A DNA stretch of 64,000 nt from NCBI RefSeq assembly GCF_041146345.1, contig NW_027191417.1, positions 1,426,001 through 1,490,000 on the forward strand, read 5' to 3'. This document shows positions 1 through 10,960 of this stretch, piece after piece. The DNA comes from Neodothiora populina. Its lineage: Eukaryota. Both the position numbers and the translations under genes were made by a program. Within the stretch, counting starts at the first letter, position 1, and every line of letters starts with the position of its first letter. The notes beneath the pieces were generated by a model that had not been told where the DNA came from, ran no database searches, and was given only the letters and a program-made list of their open reading frames with translations.

Positions 1-232
1 GCGTCTAAAAAAGGACAACGTGCCCTTCTCGCGCATCCCCAAGGACCAATACGTTGATCCACGCCTGTCGTCCAACGCCTATGTCGCGTACGACTACGCG
101 AACAAAGCGCATGAGGCGCTGATTGTGACCAAGGGCAAGGCGTTCACCAAGGCGAAGAATAAGGGCAAGAGAGGCAGTTATCGTGGGGGTAAGATTGATT
201 TCGATGTCAAGGGTTTCAAGTTTGAGGATTAG
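1..232 (+). CDS. SRP40: SRP40/Nopp140-like nucleolar protein, C-terminal domain (5' partial)
   Basis: Translation PFSRI...DYANKAHEALIVTKGKAFTKAKNKGKRGSYRGGKIDFDVKGFKFED* matches the SRP40_C signature (PFxRI, KGKxFxKxKNKxKRGSYRGG). The frame runs off the window start. Confidence 0.85.
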   Translation, partial: RLKKDNVPFSRIPKDQYVDPRLSSNAYVAYDYANKAHEALIVTKGKAFTKAKNKGKRGSYRGGKIDFDVKGFKFED

Positions 233-799
233 TTTCCTTGTCCCTCTCTTTCTCTCCCTTTTGCGAGGGTTTGAGGACGCAGTGGTGTTGGCGTTTCTTC
301 TTTTCTTTTCTTTTCTTTTCTTACTTTTGGAGCTTAGATCTTGACTTTTGGATCTCTTTGTCCACAGTTAGGCGGGAAGGGGCTTTTTGTCTGAAACGCG
401 CTATATCATAGACATCTCGTATCATCGAAATAAAGATCAAAAAGAAAAAAAAGTCATACAAGTCCTAGTAGACATGTTCGGTTCTCGGTTCTTTACTTTT
501 TCTGTTCTCACCGTGAGTGGCTTTTCTAGGGCTCTGCTTTTACTCGTTACTCTTCTCATTCTTTCTAGGGTCGAAACATAAGAAATGAAAGAATTAGTTG
601 GAATCCAGAGAAGGGAAAAGGGTGGGGTATCGTCAATGTCATTTCATTTCCATTTCGTTTTAGTCTTGTGCCTCGTCGTCGTCGGTGCTGTGTCCCACTC
701 TTATCCTTCATAGACCTCCTCCTGTAATAATAAAGTGTGCCTTATTCATGTATGTATCGCCATGCAAAACGTACGACAACGACGAGCCAGAAGAAGCGT

Positions 800-1748
800 T
801 CATGTCCGCCCGTTCATTCTCCTCTCTAGCTCGTCTTGCACCGTTTCCCTCTGCACCTCTTCGTACCCTGGCGGTGGCTCGGCCAGTGGATTGAACGAGG
901 TAGACTGTCGGTCTTGCGTCGCCGTCGTCGTCGCTGTCGTTCTCGTCTGAGCGCTCGTTTCTGCTCCCGCGCTATCTTGACTTGACTTCGTCGGCGGAGG
1001 CTGTGTCTGCACCTCTTGTTGCGGCGCTACTGCCAGCCCCTGCGGCGGCAGCACAGAAACACCCGGTGCAGCCGGCGCAGCGGCCTCTTCATACCGCGGC
1101 AGATCATCCAGATGCACACCAGCGACATCAACGCCGGCCAACGACCCGCCCCCTCTGCCCCTCCCAATCTCACTGCCATCGCCACTCTGCCCGCCCCCGA
1201 AATGCCCACTCTCACGCGCGACCTCGACGGCCTGCCGCAGCCTCTCCTTGACTCTCTCGTAGCGCCCGTGGAAATCATACGCGCCGCCTTCCTTGAAGGT
1301 TATTTTGCACTCGATGGCTGCCGCCGACGCGGATTGCGACGACGACGGGATCGGGATGCCCCCGCCTTGCACGGGCTGGATGAGCGCGGTCCAGACGTTG
1401 GGGCCTATCCATGGCGCGACGACGTGTGAGTCATGAGTATTCAGGATGGGCGCGGCGAAGGATTGGAAGTCTTTTGAGGGCGTCGCGGGGAGGTAGATCA
1501 GGCGGCGGTTGGTCAGGTAGAGGGTTCCTTGACTGCAGGATAATGAGAAGGGTTGCTGAGAGGGGAATTTGGCTATCGAGGCGAGGGATAGCGTCGTTCG
1601 TGGCGGGGACGTGTAGAGGGTGGATTCGTTCGGGAGAGGCGTGAATCTTGGTGGGTGTGTCGTTGTTAGCATTACCCAGCTGTGTGAGTCGTGGTTAGTT
1701 CTGCTGTCGCTGCGATTCTTGGCTCTGGAAGATTTACTTGATAGACAT
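800..1748 (-). CDS. WBP2-like (WW-domain-binding protein 2) PH/GRAM-domain protein
   Basis: Exons 1748-1738 and 1679-800; intron GTAAAT..CTAAC..CAG restores the N-terminus MSINWVML. Motifs GTLYLTNRRLIY, PWIGPNVW, FKEGGAYDF; C-terminal LPRY and PPPGY WW-binding motifs. Confidence 0.8.
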
Positions 1749-2214
1749 GATGACGGTATGCTCTACTCTGCTATCTGCGACTCGCTGAGATACGAAGTAC
1801 TGCGTTCGTCTTTTAATGATAGCAGTGGTTGTCTGGAATTTCTTATCGTAGGCCCAAGTCCGCTTTTCATCAATCAGGGAAGAATCGTTATCGTGAAAAG
1901 AGGAAAACGTCAATTCGTGTCTCGAGATGAGGGTATCAGGTTAAGTAGATGAAGGACAAGAAAGTAAGTGCTGCACAGTAATACCTATAACAGCGCAGAA
2001 GTGGAACATGTGATTAGATTCCAGGTTGACATATGAACGCCGCAACCCTTACCTGACGCCGCCAAGAGCATGACGACGTTCGCTTATAATTACTCTACCG
2101 AGACGAGGTCACTTGATCAAGATAATGTGGACTCGTCTCCATCACATTGCTTTCTATACAAGATGTCGTATACAGGATTGGTAATTCAAAACCGCAGAGA
2201 CAGGAAACACCCCC

Positions 2215-3783
2215 TCAGTAGCCACTCCCCCACAGCTCGCCCTCCTCTGGCACCCGATCCTCCTCCGCAGGCGCCCTCCTCGCCATCTCCTTTCTCCTCT
2301 GCTTCCTCTCCGCCCGACTCGTCAGATGTGGCGTCACGGGCGTGACTGGCGTGAAGGGCATATAAGGGCTATACGGAGTCGCCTGTCCCGTCCTAGGTGG
2401 GTTGAGCATATCCCTCCGACGCTCCAGATATGTCACTTTCGTGCTGAAGCCGGGAGACTGGAGTGCTCTTGCCGAGCTGGGTGGCTGCTGTTGATTCTGG
2501 CTGGACATGGCTCGGAACGGCAGAGTACCTATCGTAGACGTCGAAGTCGTGGCATGTTCGGGAAGCTCTAGACCGTTCACTCGTGACTTTGCGCTTGTCG
2601 CACTTGGTAACGCAAATTGATTCTGATAGCTGCTTTTACGCTGTGGAGCCGGTAATGGGACGTCGCGAATCTGGTTTAGAGTCTCCGTTGCGTTGCGCTC
2701 CTCGTAGACTGAGCTTCTGTAGGTTGCTGGTGTGGTGGGAGCTTCGCTTCGACTCTGTGGGCTGGGAGGAAAGTCGGGCTCTGCGGGATATCGTGGAGTC
2801 AGAGGCGTGCGTGCCTCTTGGTCAGAAGAGTCACCAGGGGAGGCCGGCATCGGGTTGTTGATGTACAAGTTTCGTAATGTCCGCCTGAACCGCTTGCCGT
2901 GTCCACTGGCTTGCGATCGCAGGGAGGACGAATGAGACAAGCGACTGGGCGAAGCCGGAGGAAGAGGGGATACTGGATAGCGTCCGCTGCGTGGCGTGGG
3001 AGGATGCCCCGCGTGCATAGGCGAGATGGGAGGCGAGGTCGTTTGACCATGCTTTGTCGAATCAGGAGGATATATTGCCCGAATGGGACTCCTCGTTGTA
3101 TTGGGGCTGTGCGGGCTGGGCAAGAGATGTCCTGCCGACAGAGCAGTCGTCATCAGTTTGGGCGGTCGACGAGCTTCTCGCTGTGCCAATGCAGCGTTGT
3201 CTGTGGCACCGACTTCGCACGATTCTATCGTCTGCGACTTGCTCTCTTCCTCCGCCAACGCAGCTGCGTACAGATTCTCGAGCTCCTGTTCCCGAGCCGC
3301 TCTGTCCGCCTCGAGCACACTGTGATTGAACGAAGTCATACTCGGGGCTCGGGGACTGCCAGGGTTTCCATCGCTTCGAGTACTACTCGCTCTGCTGCGT
3401 TTCTTGAACTTGCGTGGAGAGTACCAGGATGGCTGAGAGGCCGGGCTTCCCATTGCCTCATCAAATGCCATGACCGGTTTGACCATCTCGAGCTGTGTGT
3501 CACGAAAGATGGCCTGCGCCCGCCGTCGACGTTGTCTTCCAATGGTCAAGAGTAAAGTGCCTACAATCGTTGCGCTCGCAAGGTATGCACCGACTATACC
3601 ACCAATCTGGGCAGGCAGCAAGGCACGATCTCTCGAGGCGTGAGCAGAAAACGGTGGTCCGTCTCCAGGCGAGGGTGCCGGACTCTCATCAATATCAACG
3701 TCCCAAATACTAGCTTCGCTCAAGACCGTGTGTTGCAGAAGAACGAAAACAATCAGAGCAAAGGAAGTTGCAATGCTGCCCAT
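2215..3783 (-). CDS. Hypothetical type I membrane protein (signal peptide, one TM helix, Ser/Pro-rich tail)
   Basis: 522-aa intronless ORF; hydrophobic N-terminus; TM IGGIVGAYLASATIVGTLLLTIG followed by RQRRRR; C-terminal PYSPYMPFTPVTPVTP block. Confidence 0.75.
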   Translation of the reverse strand: MGSIATSFALIVFVLLQHTVLSEASIWDVDIDESPAPSPGDGPPFSAHASRDRALLPAQIGGIVGAYLASATIVGTLLLTIGRQRRRRAQAIFRDTQLEMVKPVMAFDEAMGSPASQPSWYSPRKFKKRSRASSTRSDGNPGSPRAPSMTSFNHSVLEADRAAREQELENLYAAALAEEESKSQTIESCEVGATDNAALAQREARRPPKLMTTALSAGHLLPSPHSPNTTRSPIRAIYPPDSTKHGQTTSPPISPMHAGHPPTPRSGRYPVSPLPPASPSRLSHSSSLRSQASGHGKRFRRTLRNLYINNPMPASPGDSSDQEARTPLTPRYPAEPDFPPSPQSRSEAPTTPATYRSSVYEERNATETLNQIRDVPLPAPQRKSSYQNQFALPSATSAKSRVNGLELPEHATTSTSTIGTLPFRAMSSQNQQQPPSSARALQSPGFSTKVTYLERRRDMLNPPRTGQATPYSPYMPFTPVTPVTPHLTSRAERKQRRKEMARRAPAEEDRVPEEGELWGSGY

Positions 3784-4216
3784 GCTCGAGAATCAATCAT
3801 GAGTATACTTGTCGGGCGCCGACTGCGCAAGTGGGTTTGGTAGAAAACAACTCATCCCACCGAGCGAGTCGGCAGCGACGAGCTTAAGAGTCGAGCCATA
3901 ACCTCTACACAGGCTGGAAGCGCCGAGTGACAATAATCACAAATTGGGACCTTGCATTAGTGTAGTTGTGAGACTTTGGTCTGCTCCGTTCAAGTGTGCA
4001 TGCTTTAAGCTTGGCATTCACTTGGTTAAGCGCCGAGAACGACCAATCACTTCATCAAGCAGGAGAATGCACAATTGCAACCAATGCGCCACGACTTGCA
4101 GGACTTGATTTGAGTTATTAGTGTATGATTCGTCGTCGCTTTTTGACCAATGGGTATCATGCGTAGTTTCAAGAGAGAAAGAACTTGGTAGGGATGAGGA
4201 AACAGACAAAAGAGGA

Positions 4217-5456
4217 TCATTCTTCCTTGAGAGCACGCGAATCTCCTGCTGAGCCGGCAGATCGGCCTGACTCGGCCATCTTCCGTTGCTTCCATTGCCA
4301 TTCCACCAATACCGGAAGGAACTGCCACAGATCGAATTCGGGCCAGAGACAACTTAAGAATACGATGGACGTGTCCTGATGGCATTGCCACAACATGAAG
4401 TCGCTGAGGCGTTGAACTCCTGAAGTGCGAACGAGCAGGTCGCAAGGGGGCGCGTCTGCGGTAAAGGTATGAGAAGTAATGGTATCCGAGGTGATTTTCT
4501 CGGGATCTGGGTAGGCGTTTGCGGACCGAGACAGCTTCGAAGCAGGGACACTCGACGCCGAAGTGCGTGAAGACGGAGCGATATCCTCGGTCGAAGCGTT
4601 GCTGAAATTCGACTCTTCCGTGTCTTCGGCGATCGTGTTCCTGTCGTCGCCGATCCTTGAGGGAAGCTGGGATTGTTCTTCTGCGACGCTGCTCAAATGT
4701 CTGACTCTGATGTTGCGGGCGATGTGGGTCTCGGAAAACGGACGTTTGGTACCAGGTCGCAAAGGTTTTGAGTATTCGCGCACCGTCTCACGCACCGCGC
4801 AAGTTATCTCATTCCTTGAAGTGTAAGGAAAGCATACGTTCAGCACAGCCCTGCGTTTGATCAGTATGGGCTGCGAGGTAGCAAGGTAGATCCATCATAA
4901 AAACGAACTGGTTATTGTTGCGGGTCATGTCGCAGGCCTTGTCGATAGACTCCAACACATCATCCCTGACAAGCGACCGATCACCCAGGATCTGTATGCG
5001 CGTGCCATAGCGGTCGAGAAGCTCACCGTGTTGCGAGATCTGAGTGAGCTTGACTTTGGCCATGTCCATGAGAGCATCGACCTCGAATTTGGAGCGCTTG
5101 AAGTTTTCAATGCTGAATGCATATATCGTGACAACCTTGACTCCAGACTTGTAGCAAACTTCCAGGATCTGTTCATTTGTTATCAGCCCTTGGACGCCCG
5201 TCAGTACAGCATATATATTCGAGGTTTAGCATACCCTAGCCAGGGCCTCGAATCCCAAGTGATGGCCTTCCACCGTCTCAATCTTGTGGTCTCTCGCATA
5301 GCGACGGTTGCCATCCATGACAAAGGCGACATGTTGTGGGATAGGCCCCTGCCGGAGAGCACCTATAAGAAGTTCACGTAGTTGTTGAAATGCCCAGTCT
5401 ACGGGAGGGGAACTCAACACCCATCGTCCCAGACTGCTCAGATGAGCCGAAGACAT
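4217..5456 (-). CDS. RER2: cis-prenyltransferase / dehydrodolichyl diphosphate synthase catalytic subunit (RER2/SRT1 family)
   Basis: Exons 5456-5235, 5168-4909, 4850-4217 splice in frame. Motifs PQHVAFVMDGNRRYA, YAFSIENFKR, DLLVRTSGVQRLSDFMLWQ, LWPEF. Confidence 0.92.
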
Positions 5457-5983
5457 TTTCAGGAGCTAGTACGATGTGCAACACCGTTTCCAGACCGAGA
5501 TACAGTACTGTACTTATCAGAAGTCCATGTGCAAAGGTATAAATATATCCCAATATAGCGAACATAAGACTGGCTTCAGCTTCAGCCTCTGGAGAACGCG
5601 TCTTCTTTTCTTGGTACAATCCAGCTGTACGGAGGACAGGGCAAGGACCTCGTCATCCCGTCGGATCATCGGACTTTAGGTGCCACGTTTGGCCGCTTCC
5701 AGGGTCTGGGGAAGACGGGCCGAGACAATGTTTAAATCCCGACTGCCCCAGGGTTGGTGAAATGTACCTTGCCTTCGTCACCCAAGATCACCAATCATCA
5801 CCCAGCCAGACTCGTATATCATTCATCGGTCACGATACCCTACCTTATCGTGCGCACCTAATACCATCTTTGAGGCATCACTCACCCTCGCATCACAAGT
5901 ACCTTCCTGCATCACATGGGCGTGGCCCGGACGTGTTGAACAGCAGGGCGCGGACTGGGATTTCTTGCATGATACCGAACGAC

Positions 5984-7762
5984 ATGCCGATATCAACCAC
6001 CTCGATCCTGGATAAGCAGATCCAGTCACTAGCAGCAGGCTTCGATGCCTTACAAGAGGAATACCAACGACTCTATGGTCGTTGTCGAGTGCTTGAGACC
6101 AATCTCGAGACTGTGAAAACACGGGTTCGTCAACACATCCTCTACCCCGCTCGCTCCTGACTCTTTCAGAGACGCCCCACTGTCACATTGCCTCGATGAA
6201 CAACCCATTAGCTCTAGACCTTTAGCTGTCGAAAGCAGCCCTGAAAGACTTTCAGATTGACTCTGAGCACACATTTGTTTCTTCATACTTTATCAGCCAT
6301 CTGATCATGGCTGTTACCTTGCTGACTTCGCATGCAGTACGAAGGCTTGACCAGCCAATGTCCACATCAAGCTGAGCCTCTCGACCTGCCCGACCCTTCC
6401 AGAGTCACCGATGACTTCTCTTCCTCCCAGCCAATGGTTTTCTCCGACATAGCTGATGCCACACGACGCAACAAGATCACAGCTGCCTGTCGCTTGAGTC
6501 AGCAGATTCAATCCAAATTTCGAATCACCCCGAATGGTGTAGCCATCCACAACGGCACCTCTGCCGATAGAGCTTCCGCTCCCACGTCGACCATGCCCTC
6601 CATCTCGGAGTCTCCACTCGAGCAAGATTTCACCGTCGAAGGCACCCCCAGTAAGCTTGGATGCCCATTCGCATCCATGACAAACAGGAGGTTGAGCGCA
6701 CATGCTGCTTCGATAGTCTCACGCTACCGCCCGGGCACTTCTGGTGCGGAGACTCCCAGGAGCTCGGTGTCGCGTATCAACGGGCGAGACTCGTCTGTTA
6801 CAAAGGCATCTATAACAGATCCCATCAAGGCCGAGATCTGTGGCATGGAGTCCACGGGCAAGCCTCATGATGCAGAATCCTGCGCCCAGGCCTCAGCTGG
6901 AGTATGTCCCATACGCTTTCTGGACCAACATTCTCCCGAAGAAGTTGCTGCGTATTTTGAACTGCACAAACATGAACTACCCAGGAGTCACGAGATATGT
7001 GTCAAGCGTTATCAGAGCAACGAAGAGAGCGTCAAGGAGCTCGACGCCAAATACGGGAATCTTGTCAGCATGATCACTGGACTCGGTCAAAAGCACACTC
7101 CCTTGCTGCCGGAAAAGATCGGCGACGAAGATGAGACCGACGACTCCGACCGCTTGAGCGACGAAAAGATAAGGAACTGGGCAAGGTCAATAAACACAGA
7201 CCCGGCAAATATCGATCCTAATGGCGATGTGGTCAATGGTCATGACGGTGATGATGATGACGACGACGACGACGACGACGACGACAGGCAACCGCATTTC
7301 GACCGCCCACTGAAGGATGTCCGTCTTGGTGAGAGTCCCAGTAGACCCTGGGGCATTCAGGTCCCGGTATATTCAGATGATGGACACGAAGAAGAAACAT
7401 TCAGTGTTGCGGCGCCAGCACCAGCACCGGCACCGGTACCTGCACCGGTGACAACCGAGGCAGCTCCAAATGCTGATGGTCCAGTGGAAAAACCGAAAGG
7501 GAAATGCCCCTTTAGTTTTGACAAGCCAGTAGATAGACGTACGGAAAAGGCCACAGGTGATTACACAGCCAGGCCTCCCAAGAGCAAGAACATGCCGCAG
7601 CCTACGTTCATCAACCCACAAGCTCCCATGAAAGCGGACGAACAGTCAAAAGGAGCGCCTCAAATGGTGTTCAATGGTCCTGTCTTCATCGGCTACTCCA
7701 TGGAGCAAGCCATGACATTGTTGCAGTCGTCGGTCTATCAACAGACCAGTGCGGCGCATTGA
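5984..7762 (+). CDS. Fungal hypothetical protein with N-terminal coiled coil and several Cys-Pro motifs
   Basis: Exon 5984-6124 (MPISTTS...LETVKTR, heptad-like), intron 6125-6337 (GTTCGT..GCTGAC..CAG), exon 6338-7762 in frame. Motifs QCPH, GCPF, VCPI, KCPF; poly-Asp tract. Confidence 0.75.
7243..7284 (+). repeat. GAT/GAC trinucleotide run encoding poly-Asp (inside CDS)
   Basis: gacggtgatgatgatgacgacgac... read directly. Confidence 0.8.
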
Positions 7763-8240
7763 GATTTCGAAGTTAAAAAGTGTACGTAGACGGCTGGAGG
7801 ATGTGCACAACATTGCACTGACAATACTGATGATACATGACTGTGGAGCGCGTTTGCCGACATTTTTGTGTTATTGTTAGCGTTTCAGATCGATATACCC
7901 ATTCTTTTTCAGGTAGCTTGATTATTGCATAGAATTCTCGGGCTTTATGATCAGCAGTTGACTTTCCCAACACTGCGTATGAAAAACATGAACATAATAT
8001 TACAATAAAGCAAACCTGTCATGATACAGAGTGGATGAGCTGAACGAAAGTCATGAAATAAAGCATTACTTAGTATACGCCACGTGATTGGTCAGGAACA
8101 AAACGCCAAGACCGGCGACAATGGCGGCCGACCAAATCTCGTGCGCGGCAACGCAACAGCGACTCTTTTGAGCTGCTCGCCATCGGAAACAGCGCAACAC
8201 CTGGTCCTGCAATTGTATCGCCAGTTCAATCACCGCAATC

Positions 8241-9014
8241 ATGGGTTTCTTCGATTACGTCTCGGACATGTACTCCTCATTGAGCATTCAGACCGTCGAG
8301 GCTGAGGCTAGCGAGGACCAAAAGTACGCCTCGGGAGACTTCAACTCGTCCAAGGATCAGACCGGCGGCACAGGAACGGCCCAGCAGAGAGGCGGTGCTG
8401 CCACCGGCGGTGGTGCCAGCACTTCCACTCCTGCCTCGGGCACCGACGAGGAGAGCAGCGACGAGGCCGAAGTGAACAAGGCCGACGCCAAGACGTCTGG
8501 CGGCAGCGGCGAAAAGGGCCACACCCCCGGCGACGGCGGCGAGGGCAGTGGACAGGTGGGTGCTGCTAACGCTGGACCTCATGGCGGACCCGTTGGAAAG
8601 ACTGACGACGATGCTCAGGATGAGGAAGAGGAGGAGGAAGAAGAGGAAGAGGACGACGAGCCCGTTGACCTCAAGCCCAAGTTCGAGGAAGGTATGTATC
8701 CTATCTTTTTCTCTTCACTGCAACTACACTGCGACAATACAAGAGATCACGGCTGACTCGGACATCACAGAGTGCATTGCATCCGCCGAATGCGCCCCCG
8801 CCAAGCACCACTACGATCACTGTGTCGAGCGTGTCGAGAAGCAGCAAGAGGAGAACGGAAAGGCCAGCGAGGACTGTGTCGAGGAATGTGAGTTGATTCT
8901 GCGACAAAGACAAACTTGAGATCATTGCGGGCACTGATATGTTGACTAGTCTTCCACCTCATGCACTGCGCAACCAACTGCGCCGCCCCCAAGCTCTTCA
9001 AGGCCCTTCGATAG
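8241..9014 (+). CDS. QCR6: Ubiquinol-cytochrome c reductase hinge subunit (QCR6) with long N-terminal extension
   Basis: Exons 8241-8691, 8771-8887, 8950-9014. Acidic run then DLKPKFEEEC..CAPAKHHYDHCVERV..EDCVEEFFHLMHCATNCAAPKLF, the UCR_hinge cysteine pattern. Confidence 0.92.
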
Positions 9015-9854
9015 ATGCTTGGTCGGGATTCCGATCTCAATCTGATGTCGGCTCCGTCATATTCCACAACACTGCCATGTCAAACACCAAGTGAAGGAGG
9101 ATATTGGGGTCATCGTCATTCACAGCACACTCCTGTACAACCCTTTACAACCCTCTCTGTACTATTGTCTCGACTCGATGTCTCCAGCAAGCGGTGGGAG
9201 CGTGTAGCATAGGTACTTTATGCAAAGACTGCTTTTTGGAGCATCACACTTTTAACTTATAACAATCACGAAGACGTAGCAAAAGCGTCACTTTTATACC
9301 TTTTTAACATTCACTAGACGCTCGTAGGACTTGGGAATGTTGGGATGCCCTCCATATTGCTGCGGTCGTGACATCCGGTGGACCAATTGGAGGTCCAATC
9401 GTACATGACATACAGTCAACGATACCCTTTGCGTACTCGCCTGAATATTTCTTGACTGCGACATGCATGTTGACATTTATCGGATCCGCCGCGTGTTCCC
9501 GGAATCATTTTCCCTATAAAAGCTTCGTTGGTAGGTGCGCAGCTGCATACTGTGAGTTCACAGCAAGTGGAAGCGCAGAGAAAGTGTGCCATGACGTCAA
9601 AGCCTCGGATGAGGGAGAGAAAGAGCAGGAGCTCTGTGCAGGCAGGTGCAGGCTCTCCGGCAGAGAGGAGGGAAGGAGGGAGGATTATCAATAATAACAG
9701 CAGGACCTCGTCCCTCCGCCCTTGCAATCAGTGAGTACCGTAGCTTTATCCAAGGTACTTTAAAAACACAATTGTAGTTCCCCGGTTTCCAATCCACACT
9801 CCATCGACTCTACATCACACACCCTTATCTACACCTCACATATAATCAAAAGCA

Positions 9855-10711
9855 ATGTCGACCGCTATGCTCCGCAACTCTGCTGTCCGCTCTGCATTGA
9901 GGGCAAGTGCACCGCGTGCAGCTCTCACCAGCACATCCTTCACACGCGGCAAGGCTACTCTGCCCGACCTTCCTTGTAAGTCTTTTGAGATACGCCATGC
10001 AGTCGAACCAGCTAGGTTGACTTTGTCCAGACGGCTATGGCGAACTCGAGCCTGCCATTAGCGGCAAGATTATGGAGCTCCACCACTCCAAGCACCACAA
10101 CACCTACGTCACATCGCTCAACGCTGCATCCGACAAGATGGAGGAGGCCCGTCACAGTGGTGATGTGTCTGCCCAGATTGCTCTTCAGCCTCTGATCAAC
10201 TTCCACGGAGGTCAGTCAATCAAGGATGGATGAGAGGACCGGGGAATTGACTCTAGACATGCAGGTGGTCACGTTAACCACTCTCTCTTCTGGGAGAACC
10301 TCGCACCCAAGTCCCAGGGCGGTGGTGAGCCTCCCAGCGGCTCTCTTTCCAAGGCCATCGACACCAGCTACGGCAGCCTCGACTCGTTGAAGGAGAAGTT
10401 CAACACTGCCCTTGCTGGTATTCAGGGTAGTGGTTGGGCTTGGCTGGTCCAGGACACCCAGACTGGTGCTCTTCAGATCAGAACCTACGCCGTAAGTTGT
10501 TTCTAGTGTTTTCTCCCCCAAAGCGAAGCCTAGCTAATGTCGCGGATCCATGCAGAACCAAGACTCCGTCGTTGGCCAATTCAGACCCATCCTCGGTATT
10601 GACGCCTGGGAGCACGCCTACTACCTTCAGTACGAGAACCGCAAGGCCGAGTACTTCAAGGCCATCTGGGATGTTGTCAACTGGAAGGCGGCTGAGAAGC
10701 GCTTCCTGTAG
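9855..10711 (+). CDS. SOD2: Mitochondrial manganese superoxide dismutase
   Basis: Exons 9855-9975, 10031-10210, 10265-10491, 10556-10711. Arg/Ser/Ala presequence; [31 protein letters not shown] motifs. Confidence 0.96.
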
Positions 10712-10960
10712 AATGCATGAGAAGGAAGCGAGGCAGCGGCAGAGTCGAACTCTGAGCTTCGATTTCAATTCGGCTTTTGAAGCAGACTTGGTATCGCATG
10801 ACACGTATCACGTTATCGAGGTAGTATTGACGTCTGTACAGAACAATAAAAAGATCTAATAATTCCAGCTCAAAAAGTATCTCATCGAAGTCCATTTTGT
10901 GAAATACCTCATGTCGCTTTAAATCAACTTTACTCGACGTTTTCCCGTGAATATTGACCC

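Noticed and set aside
8080..8092. CACGTG next to an inverted CCAAT upstream of QCR6
   Set aside because: Plausible CCAAT-complex site, but it does not fit the CSAAT-N12-RWT HapX pattern and is too short to support alone.
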